The notes beneath the pieces are model-generated. The model ran no database searches. It had not been told where the DNA came from and saw only the letters and a list, made by a program, of their open reading frames with translations. A DNA stretch of 64,000 nt, from the NCBI GenBank assembly GCA_016213405.1, contig JACRAM010000006.1, forward strand, positions 29,731 through 93,730, given 5' to 3'. The number at the start of each line of letters is the position of its first letter. Positions within the stretch are counted from its first letter, which is position 1. The position numbers and the translations under genes were made by a program. This DNA comes from Bacteroidota bacterium (GTDB taxonomy: Bacteria; Bacteroidota; Bacteroidia; Palsa-948). Shown here one piece after another: positions 57,043-64,000 of this stretch.

Positions 57043-58257
57043 TTACCTCCCCTTTTTCTTTGCTTTTGCGTTGGCTGTTTTGGCAGGGCGTTTTGAGAAT
57101 TTCTCAACCTCTTCCCTTAATGCCTGTATCCTTCGCTGAATAGTTTTCAGGGAGGCGTTTTTCAGGTATGCCCCCAATTCATCATCGTCCAGTTTCTTTG
57201 CAATGTCCATCGCCTCTTGCCTCAAGGAATTTTCAGGAGTGACGATTGCCTTTTCCACTCCCTTTTTATTCTGCACCCATGCTGTGATTTGCTGGCGTAG
57301 CTCCTGTCCGAATTGCTCGGAATATCCTTTGCCTAAATCCTCCCACTTGGGATATTTGCCATTGTCTATTTTGAATTTATAAGGCTTCCATCCTAAATTT
57401 TCAATCACACCATCAATTTGTTTTTCCGTTGCGGTGTCATACCATACTTCCCCTCCAATTTCTTTTTCTTCATTGTTTTCTTCCTGCTTCAACCGATCCA
57501 CGATTGAATACCTTTCCTTGATTTTTTTCATGTCCTCTGCCGAAAGTTGTCTGTTTCCATTTATTAACTCAGAAGCCCAAGAAGAAACTGCATGGCTTTG
57601 TGAATACTCTTTTATTTCCTGAAGCATTTTTTTTATTTCAGGTGTAATGTGTAGCGGGGTTTCTTTGGAATCAATTTTGACAAGAACACCACGAAACCCC
57701 TCCAACAAATCAGAGAAGAAATTTCTCCATCTTATTAAATCAGGCAGGTGTTTCTTCGGGTCAAGGTTTTGTATTTCGCTCTCTGCCTGAAGCCATAAAT
57801 TTTGCGATGCTTCTATATGGCGGTTCATTCCTTCCTCAATAGATTTGGAATACCCTGTATGTTTATCGTACTTTTCATAAAGTTTCTCTCCCAATGCTTC
57901 GTGAATGTGCGCCAGCGTTCCCACATCACCCCAATTGGGATTTTTATTTGAGGCGAAATATTCAATGACCTTTTTCAAATCAGTCATCATTTTTTTGATG
58001 TCGTCTTTGGGATTGCCTTTTACACCCCTAACTAATCTTTCCTTCTCCCATTGATTTGTGGCATCATCAAGCATCATTAGCAAGCCCATCATATCGTTCA
58101 CAAATCTCTGTGCGTGTTTAAAAAGCCCTGTTTCCATTTTAATCGCTTCGTTAAAAATTTCGTTGAACTCTTCATCAGAAAATTTTCTGCCGATGTTTTC
58201 TTCGTGCAGTTGTTTCAAATCAGCGAGTTCATCTGAATAATCGATTGTATTTGTCAT
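57043..58257 (-). CDS. Hypothetical 404-aa helical, Lys/Glu-rich protein (phage-module gene)
   Basis: Long ORF with a basic C-terminal tail (KRPAKTANAKAKKKGR); no recognisable motif; last gene of the module. Confidence 0.45.
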   Translation of the reverse strand: MTNTIDYSDELADLKQLHEENIGRKFSDEEFNEIFNEAIKMETGLFKHAQRFVNDMMGLLMMLDDATNQWEKERLVRGVKGNPKDDIKKMMTDLKKVIEYFASNKNPNWGDVGTLAHIHEALGEKLYEKYDKHTGYSKSIEEGMNRHIEASQNLWLQAESEIQNLDPKKHLPDLIRWRNFFSDLLEGFRGVLVKIDSKETPLHITPEIKKMLQEIKEYSQSHAVSSWASELINGNRQLSAEDMKKIKERYSIVDRLKQEENNEEKEIGGEVWYDTATEKQIDGVIENLGWKPYKFKIDNGKYPKWEDLGKGYSEQFGQELRQQITAWVQNKKGVEKAIVTPENSLRQEAMDIAKKLDDDELGAYLKNASLKTIQRRIQALREEVEKFSKRPAKTANAKAKKKGR

Positions 58258-58314
58258 TGGTAATTAGTTTTAATTTGGACAACAGTAACACACATATTTG
58301 GAACACGCAAGTCT

Positions 58315-59556
58315 TTAATAAATGGGGTCTTTCGTTTCGCTTTCTTCTGAATTTGGTTCCTCAAAAATCTGCATCTCTCCGCCCTGATTGAATCTTCCGA
58401 ACTGAACCGCCTTGCCTTGCTCCGGTATTTCGATCACTACATCCACATCGTGCTGAAATTCGTTTCTCCCTCTGAAAGCGCCTTGCTTGGTGGTTTGGAA
58501 AATGAATATGAACGACTTGCCCGGATTGTCGGCTCGCAACTTGTCCAGGTCTTTCGGAGTTAATCCAAGTTTGTTGACACTGTCAAGGATGATGAAATCA
58601 TACTTCGATAAATCTTCCGGCAGATAATCGCTCACATATAAATTAGGATTGGCGACTTCTTTATCAGCGAGTTTTTTATGAAGCGTAGCATCTAATTTTT
58701 CTTCCTTCGCCACATAGAGCGTGCCCCCATGATGACGGGCAAGGTATCCGGCAAAGTCCATGCAGAGGTATGACTTGCCTGTTTTGGGTTTGCCAAAAAC
58801 CATCGCTGTAAATCCTTTACTGGGATCTCCAATCAAATCTCTCCACTTTTTTGAAAAACCAAGCGATTCAAATTTCATTTCAGCGAAGTCAACGCTGCTC
58901 ATCAGGTTGTGATCCTGCGGGGGAGCCGGAGTATCTTCTTTGGGTTGCTCATCAATTCCTCTTAACCCAACGGAGCCAACTTTTTCAGGCAGAGATTTAT
59001 CGGGTAGAGGTTCATCGTACTCTTTGGATTTCTTAATCGCCTCCCGAAGCATCAGTATTGTCGCTTCCTTTAATTGAATTCTTACAGAATGCGCTTTCAT
59101 TCCGTTATAGATATGAAGCAGGGATTTCTGAATGAAGCCGATCTCCCTTGCAAAGACGGAGGACTTGCGAATTTTCTTGCTCACAATTGCAGACTGCAAC
59201 TGCTCTATTGTTTTCAAAAGAACAGGTTTTGCAATTTCTTCATCCCTCCAGTCAAGCAGCAGTTTGAAATACTTTACTTCCTCTTTAAACTTGTGATACA
59301 TCTTTCTGTATTTCCGTTTGGCTGGCATTCCATCCACTCCTGCAAGATTTTTATTCGCTTTGATGTATTCACCGAGTTTTTCAAAAGCAAGGTCAGCGAC
59401 CTTTTTAAACTCCGCATCCTGCTTGTAAAACTTCCAATCCTTGCCTTGATCTGTTTTAGTCATTAGAACGAGATGCGTTTTCTTCAGCACCTCAGGCAGA
59501 TTCTCAAAGCCAATGCGTTTGACTTCTGAAAAGTAATTTTTCTTTGTAATTTTCAT
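58315..59556 (-). CDS. RecA-superfamily P-loop ATPase (KaiC/RadA/DnaB-C/Sak4-like core) with unknown about 230-aa N-terminal domain
   Basis: ...LGFSKKWRDLIGDPSKGFTAMVFGKPKTGKSYL (RecA-fold lead-in plus Walker A), DFIILDSV (Walker B), and a short core after it. Confidence 0.6.
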   Translation of the reverse strand: MKITKKNYFSEVKRIGFENLPEVLKKTHLVLMTKTDQGKDWKFYKQDAEFKKVADLAFEKLGEYIKANKNLAGVDGMPAKRKYRKMYHKFKEEVKYFKLLLDWRDEEIAKPVLLKTIEQLQSAIVSKKIRKSSVFAREIGFIQKSLLHIYNGMKAHSVRIQLKEATILMLREAIKKSKEYDEPLPDKSLPEKVGSVGLRGIDEQPKEDTPAPPQDHNLMSSVDFAEMKFESLGFSKKWRDLIGDPSKGFTAMVFGKPKTGKSYLCMDFAGYLARHHGGTLYVAKEEKLDATLHKKLADKEVANPNLYVSDYLPEDLSKYDFIILDSVNKLGLTPKDLDKLRADNPGKSFIFIFQTTKQGAFRGRNEFQHDVDVVIEIPEQGKAVQFGRFNQGGEMQIFEEPNSEESETKDPIY

Positions 59557-60419
59557 CGCTTGACGATTTTTAATTTTTTGAGTTGTGATTGTAAATCCTT
59601 CAGCATCTTTCTGTCCAATTCATAAATGCCTGTGTCCTTCTCATCGTAGTTAAACACCATCACCTCAGTTTTTATTTTGTCGGTGAGTTTTGTAACTGCA
59701 ATTTTCTTAGTAACCGAATAAACATTCCATTTATATTTCTTAATGTATTTTTTCAGGATGGCATTCGGATAACTGCTGAGTAAGAACTTTCCTTTGATTT
59801 TTGTCAGCGCATTCAACAATCGGATGTAATCCGCTTCCATGTATCCTTTGTAATGCCCTTGATGCGTGTTGATGTATGGCGGGTCGCAGTAAAAGAATGC
59901 TTTATTGAAGTCGCGGAGCTTAATAACACGGATTGCATCGTTGCATTCAATCTGCACCTTCTTCAATCGGTCAGCATATATTTTTGAAAAATCGTCCCGC
60001 TTCTTTGCAACCGAATCTTCCTTTGAATCATCCTTTCCGAAGCTCCAAGAAGTCAGCAGTCCTGCAAATCCCTGATTGGCGAGCGTCCAAAACGCCCATG
60101 CTCGTTTCACATCGGAAAACATTTCAGAGTTTTCATATATCACTCTTGCTTTTTTCCAAAGCATCCTGCTGTGCAGAGTGGATTTGATTTCTTTTTCCAG
60201 TTCTTTGAACTTTGTCTGCACCACTTTGAAAAATATCATCACTTCTCCGTTCGTGTCGTTGATGACTTCAACATTGGATGGAGGTTTTGCAAAGAACAAT
60301 GCGCCTCCTCCGAAAAATGGTTCGCAGTACAAAACGTGCTGTGGAATTAAAGCCAGCAAACGCTTCACAAGCGTTTGTTTCCCTCCGTAATATGTAATCG
60401 GTGTTTTCATAGAAGCCAA
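59553..60419 (-). CDS. dam: DNA adenine methyltransferase (Dam / D12 class, alpha group)
   Basis: KTPITYYGGKQTLVKRL..., CEPFFGGGALFF (motif I), FYCDPPY (motif IV DPPY). Confidence 0.85.
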   Translation of the reverse strand: MASMKTPITYYGGKQTLVKRLLALIPQHVLYCEPFFGGGALFFAKPPSNVEVINDTNGEVMIFFKVVQTKFKELEKEIKSTLHSRMLWKKARVIYENSEMFSDVKRAWAFWTLANQGFAGLLTSWSFGKDDSKEDSVAKKRDDFSKIYADRLKKVQIECNDAIRVIKLRDFNKAFFYCDPPYINTHQGHYKGYMEADYIRLLNALTKIKGKFLLSSYPNAILKKYIKKYKWNVYSVTKKIAVTKLTDKIKTEVMVFNYDEKDTGIYELDRKMLKDLQSQLKKLKIVKR

Positions 60420-60431
60420 AGCCCCTCCTAA

Positions 60432-60448
60432 TCCTCCCCGAAGGGGAG
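60432..60448. repeat. Perfect GAA-triloop hairpin CCTCCCCGAAGGGGAGG between the two methylase genes
   Basis: cctccccgaaggggagg read directly; same CCC-GAA-GGG core as the hairpins at 47.6 kb. Confidence 0.8.
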
Positions 60449-60453
60449 GACTT

Positions 60454-61971
60454 TCAGGCTGCTTGTTTTAGTTTGATATTATTTTTCATTGTTTCATCAA
60501 GATTTTTTCGTGCGATGTTGCAATATTCTTTTTTGCCGTCTATGCCGATAAAATTCCTACCGAGTTCTATGGCGCGAACGCCAGTCGTTCCTGTTCCACA
60601 AAAAGGGTCAAGGATGATTCCACCTTCGGGACAACCGGCAAGGATGGGTTTTGTAATCAGTTCAGTATTGAAGGTTGCATAGTGTTTGTCAGCACCACGC
60701 TTGGTGGAGATCACCCAAAAGTCCGTTATATCACCTGGATTCTTTCCTTTGGGATTAAGTTTGACTGTTGTTTGTTTCCCGCCACCTTTTTTTCCTTTGC
60801 CAAAGGGTCCCTTAGTATTTTTTGAATCCCCTCCGTAAGCAGTCATTCCATATTGCACTCTGTCATACGAAGATGCTTTGTAGGGATCCCGAACCGCATC
60901 CAAGTCAAAATAATAATCGGGATTTTTTGTAAGAAATAAAATATGTTCGTGTTTTTTGGAAAATCGGTCACGAACGCTTTCAGGAAGAGAATTCGGTTTC
61001 GCCCAAATGATATCGTTCCGCACAATCCATCCCCGCTCCACGCATCCACAGGCGAAACGATGCGGAATCAGGGTCAAACACTTTGTACGGAGATTATTTG
61101 CCTTGTCGTTATTCGCATCCTTCGGAACAATTTTCCTTACCTGTACTTTAATGAGCGTTTGGGCATTATCGTAAGGACTCTTTCCGCTTCCGTTCCCACT
61201 TCCGAAATAACTGTCGCCAAGGTTCACCCAAACCGTGCCTTCAGGTTTCAATACGCGGTAAATCTCATCCATCAGCAAGAGCATATTTTCGAGATACTGC
61301 ATATAGGTTTTTTCTAACCCCCACTGCCCTTTGAATCCATAGTCGCGGAGTTGCCAGTAGGGAGGGGAAGTGATCACGCAGTCAACACTCTCATCGGGAA
61401 ATGTTTTTAATACTTTCAGGGAATCTCCTTCAATAATAGTATTGGCGATCTTTTCAATTTCTTTGCTGGGAGGAGTTTTTTTCTTGACTCCCATCAAACC
61501 TTCATTCGAGAAAGAGAAAAAAGAATCTTTTGTTATTATCAGGTGGTCAAGAACAATAATATCCATTGAAGCTGCTGCTGTTTTAATTTTACTGGTAAGC
61601 ATTTTATCTAAATCGCTTGGCTTGATAGTCCCACTTGGATGATTGTGGGCGAGAATAATTGAAACAGAACCGCTTTTTAGCGCGGTGCCAAGAACCAAGC
61701 GGATATCAACTGGCGCGGAAGTCATCGTTCCTTTAGAATGCTTGTAGTATCCGGTGATTTTATTCGCCTGATCGAGATAAAGGACAAAAAACTGCTCCTG
61801 TAGCTCCAGTTCGCCCTTTGGAAAAAGGTTACGAACGAAATCAGCCACTTGCTGTGGATTGGTAACCGCCCCTCCGAAGATTTTTTTATCGGATCGGTGG
61901 TAGCTGATTTTGATTTCAGGTACCACCATATCCGCCACTTCACCGAGAACGATTTCTGCAACTGCCGTCAT
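60454..61971 (-). CDS. Fusion protein: N-terminal RadC-like JAB/MPN domain + C-terminal beta-class N6/N4 DNA methyltransferase
   Basis: ILAHNHPSG (JAMM-like HxHPSG of RadC/DUF2466) at about aa 95-105. Then DCVITSPPYW (motif IV, SPPY) and later DPFCGTGTTG (motif I), the order typical of beta-class N6_N4_MTases. Confidence 0.75.
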   Translation of the reverse strand: MTAVAEIVLGEVADMVVPEIKISYHRSDKKIFGGAVTNPQQVADFVRNLFPKGELELQEQFFVLYLDQANKITGYYKHSKGTMTSAPVDIRLVLGTALKSGSVSIILAHNHPSGTIKPSDLDKMLTSKIKTAAASMDIIVLDHLIITKDSFFSFSNEGLMGVKKKTPPSKEIEKIANTIIEGDSLKVLKTFPDESVDCVITSPPYWQLRDYGFKGQWGLEKTYMQYLENMLLLMDEIYRVLKPEGTVWVNLGDSYFGSGNGSGKSPYDNAQTLIKVQVRKIVPKDANNDKANNLRTKCLTLIPHRFACGCVERGWIVRNDIIWAKPNSLPESVRDRFSKKHEHILFLTKNPDYYFDLDAVRDPYKASSYDRVQYGMTAYGGDSKNTKGPFGKGKKGGGKQTTVKLNPKGKNPGDITDFWVISTKRGADKHYATFNTELITKPILAGCPEGGIILDPFCGTGTTGVRAIELGRNFIGIDGKKEYCNIARKNLDETMKNNIKLKQAA

Positions 61972-62198
61972 TTTGATTTTGGGTTTAGTGATTTGTTGCC
62001 GGGTTGTTTTTCGTATCCCTCGTTGCAGAAAGAGTGAGCGATTGCTTCACCGATGAGTGCACCGATGAATCCGCCTACCATTACATAGGGCATTACTTCC
62101 TTCTCCTTACTCTTTGCGTAATAAAATCCTGTGAGGGATGATATCAGCGTAAAATAGGAAACAATCGCTTTTTCTTTTAATGAAACCTTAGTCGTCAT
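61968..62198 (-). CDS. Small membrane protein (2 hydrophobic segments)
   Basis: 76 aa, translationally coupled (ATGA overlap) on both sides. Confidence 0.4.
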   Translation of the reverse strand: MTTKVSLKEKAIVSYFTLISSLTGFYYAKSKEKEVMPYVMVGGFIGALIGEAIAHSFCNEGYEKQPGNKSLNPKSK

Positions 62199-62848
62199 TT
62201 TTGCAATAATAATGTTGCTGTAGCTCCTGATAAAATCAATATCCCAGCGGAGAGGATTTTTGTTTTCAGGTTAGACCTGTGGATTTTCTTATCCGCAAGT
62301 TTCAGCTTCTCCGTAAGTTCGCTTTGCTGTGCAAGGGAAGAATCTGCTACCTGCCTAAGCATCGAAAAGCTATTTTCACAAACCGCTACCAGCGAGTCCT
62401 TGTTCTGAATGACGCATTTCAGGTCAGCGATTTCATTGTCGCATAAACTATCTCGCATATTAGTTTCAGAAATAAACTGCATAACCTGCGTTTTCAGGGA
62501 ATCGCAATTGGTAATGATATCGCTGGTATCCTTCAGGATTTTACTTTCTGAAATAAGTAGCTGTATTTTCCCTTGCAGGAAATTCACTTTTTGGGTGGAC
62601 TGCGTGAGGGCAACTTCTGTATTCTGAATCTGATTTACCAGCGCATTATTCTTTACCACCCAGTATTGAATCTGATTTTTGTAGTTCTCCTCAATGTTGC
62701 TGACCTGTACTTTAAGTTCCTTGACAACATTTTTTGATTCCCTGATTTCTGTTTTGAATCCTTCCATTGAATTAAACAGGAGGTAAGTTGAAATTGCCGA
62801 TAGCAAGCTGAATAAAATGGTTATGATGATTGTCTTTTTCATTTTCAT
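62195..62848 (-). CDS. Membrane-anchored coiled-coil protein (i-spanin-like topology)
   Basis: N-terminal TM/signal (IIITILFSLLSAISTYLLF), a long heptad-rich middle, C-terminal hydrophobic segment. Confidence 0.45.
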   Translation of the reverse strand: MKMKKTIIITILFSLLSAISTYLLFNSMEGFKTEIRESKNVVKELKVQVSNIEENYKNQIQYWVVKNNALVNQIQNTEVALTQSTQKVNFLQGKIQLLISESKILKDTSDIITNCDSLKTQVMQFISETNMRDSLCDNEIADLKCVIQNKDSLVAVCENSFSMLRQVADSSLAQQSELTEKLKLADKKIHRSNLKTKILSAGILILSGATATLLLQK

Positions 62849-63090
62849 GGTTGTTCGTTTTTAGTTTCGTTAGTGTTTGTTTTTGCTTTTTTCTCTATTG
62901 AATAACCGAAACATCCCGCTCCGATGATGCTGACGAAAGAGTAAAACATATACTCAGGTACTGCGATTCCAAAAAACTGCTGTCCAATCCAACTTATGAG
63001 CGTTACCACTACAAAAACAAGCGTTACTAATTCCCGCAGGTTGTAACTGCCGTCTTTGTCTTTCAGTATTTGTTTTCCAAATTCATTCAT
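62845..63090 (-). CDS. Holin-like small membrane protein
   Basis: 81 aa, two TM helices, a charged C-terminal tail (EKKAKTNTNETKNEQP); located next to the amidase. Confidence 0.45.
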   Translation of the reverse strand: MNEFGKQILKDKDGSYNLRELVTLVFVVVTLISWIGQQFFGIAVPEYMFYSFVSIIGAGCFGYSIEKKAKTNTNETKNEQP

Positions 63091-63751
63091 TGGTGTCGTA
63101 GTTTATGTATCCGATTAATCCCAGTCCGAGCGTGAGTGTTCCTATTACGATTCTTTTAATTGATTCCCTCCGCATCGCACGGAAGTCAAGCAGCGTATAG
63201 GTGAATCGGTTTCCATACAAACTGCTGTGGTTGTCGCACATCGACATGAACTCATTAAAATCACTTGCATTCTGAAAGACCTGGCATCCTGCGGAAAATT
63301 TATCAATGACTTTTGTTTTCCCTTTTGCCATCGCCCTGTGAATGTTGATTCCAAAAATTCCTGTGTCCTTTCTTCCATTGAAAAAATCAAGCCTCGCATT
63401 TCGGTCGTAGTCCCGCATAATGGTCACAGGAGCCATCTGCACAAGGGCTTTGTATTGCCCGAGGTGCATTCCGATTTTGTAGGCATTTACATATTGCCCT
63501 TGTGCGAGGATGGCTGTGCCCTGCGGTTGCATCGGGTTCTTCAGCCAGTAAGTTCCGGGATCGGTCGTTCCTTTGAAAATGTGATAGTTCCATTTTAATG
63601 GTTTTGCTTTGTAGAAAACGTGTATCTCATCATCAAAGCGGTTAGGCACAACGCTACGTGTGCGGATTCCCACGATGTTCAGTTCATAAGGGCGTGTGTT
63701 CAGCACAAAGCCTTTGTCGCGGAGAATGGATTTTACTCTCGGAAGTATCAT
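63083..63751 (-). CDS. YkuD/L,D-transpeptidase-fold-like protein with C-terminal TM anchor (putative peptidoglycan-active enzyme); start at the internal Met overlapping the amidase stop
   Basis: INIHRAMAKGKTKVIDKFSAGCQVF matches H-x(17)-S-x-G-C of the YkuD catalytic pair. C-terminal IVIGTLTLGLGLIGYI. ATGA overlap with the upstream gene if started at 63751 (MILPRV...). Confidence 0.4.
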   Translation of the reverse strand: MILPRVKSILRDKGFVLNTRPYELNIVGIRTRSVVPNRFDDEIHVFYKAKPLKWNYHIFKGTTDPGTYWLKNPMQPQGTAILAQGQYVNAYKIGMHLGQYKALVQMAPVTIMRDYDRNARLDFFNGRKDTGIFGINIHRAMAKGKTKVIDKFSAGCQVFQNASDFNEFMSMCDNHSSLYGNRFTYTLLDFRAMRRESIKRIVIGTLTLGLGLIGYINYDTNE

Positions 63752-64000
63752 GCTGCCTGTTTGAAATCGGGTTTGTAGTTTTTGAGCCACTCTCTCACAT
63801 CAAAGCTTGGACAGGCTTTATGCACGCCCGGAAAATCCCTGTGTCCGAGAAACTTTGCCTTCGGATATTTTTCTCCGAGTTCCATCAGCTTGTTAAACAT
63901 GGAGTGAATCTGTCTTTCAGATCGGTTATCCATTGGATTGCCTTCTTTGTCAACTCCTCCGATGTAGGAGATATGAATGCACTCCTGATTATGACCGTAT
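63748..64000 (-). CDS. N-acetylmuramoyl-L-alanine amidase (Amidase_2/PGRP-type endolysin), 5' part beyond window end
   Basis: ...CIHISYIGG...KFLGHRDFPGVHKACPSFD... (conserved Amidase_2 His / Cys-Pro region). The frame stays open to position 64000. Confidence 0.65.
   Translation of the reverse strand, partial: YGHNQECIHISYIGGVDKEGNPMDNRSERQIHSMFNKLMELGEKYPKAKFLGHRDFPGVHKACPSFDVREWLKNYKPDFKQAA

Overview
This is a Bacteroidota-type chromosomal segment (T9SS C-terminal sorting domain, PKD repeats, TAnnTTTG-like promoter boxes). Coding is dense on both strands. From left to right it holds the following:
- 0-12.4 kb, core genes: a partial thioredoxin-fold protein, mdh, a retropepsin-like protease, amt with an upstream porin-like gene, a DCC-family oxidoreductase, a DUF218/ElyC-like protein, an M1 aminopeptidase, valS, nadC and rlmH.
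- 12.4-37.8 kb, a large AT-rich polysaccharide/O-antigen-type locus: galE, a sulfatase-like membrane enzyme, a kinase-like + methyltransferase protein, several GT1/GT2 glycosyltransferases, further methyltransferases, a nucleotidyltransferase, an epimerase/dehydratase, a GNAT, a CE4 deacetylase, a WbpG-like amidotransferase, an FkbM methyltransferase, a Wzy/EpsG-like polymerase, a 656-aa polytopic membrane protein, and the Wzm/Wzt ABC exporter interrupted by an AAA+ DUF4143-type ATPase.
- 37.9-41.0 kb: a divergent 1063-aa LamG + PKD-repeat T9SS cargo protein.
- 41-56.7 kb, core genes: rplS, trmD and a GIY-YIG protein; then the biotin operon bioB, an unknown secreted beta-barrel-like protein, bioF, bioD and bioA; then accC, hbd, an aquaporin, a peroxiredoxin, a ZIP transporter, a methyltransferase, a class-III aminotransferase, a CoA-binding protein and an MFS transporter.
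- 57.0-64.0 kb, a phage-derived, more GC-rich module on the minus strand with translationally coupled genes: Amidase_2 endolysin (partial), a YkuD-like protein, a holin-like protein, a coiled-coil TM protein, a small membrane protein, a RadC(JAB)-DNA methyltransferase fusion, a Dam methylase, a RecA-fold ATPase, a 404-aa unknown protein, and a terminator.

Superimposed on the genes are several families of small repeats:
- 7-nt tandem repeats inserted in frame into conserved enzymes (BioF, BioA, an aminotransferase, the M1 peptidase).
- A 26-bp GC-rich element present both in an intergenic spacer and in frame inside wzt.
- A family of CCC-GAA-GGG mini-hairpins.
- A 140-bp MITE-like palindrome downstream of mdh.

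No rRNA, tRNA or CRISPR array was recognised by eye.
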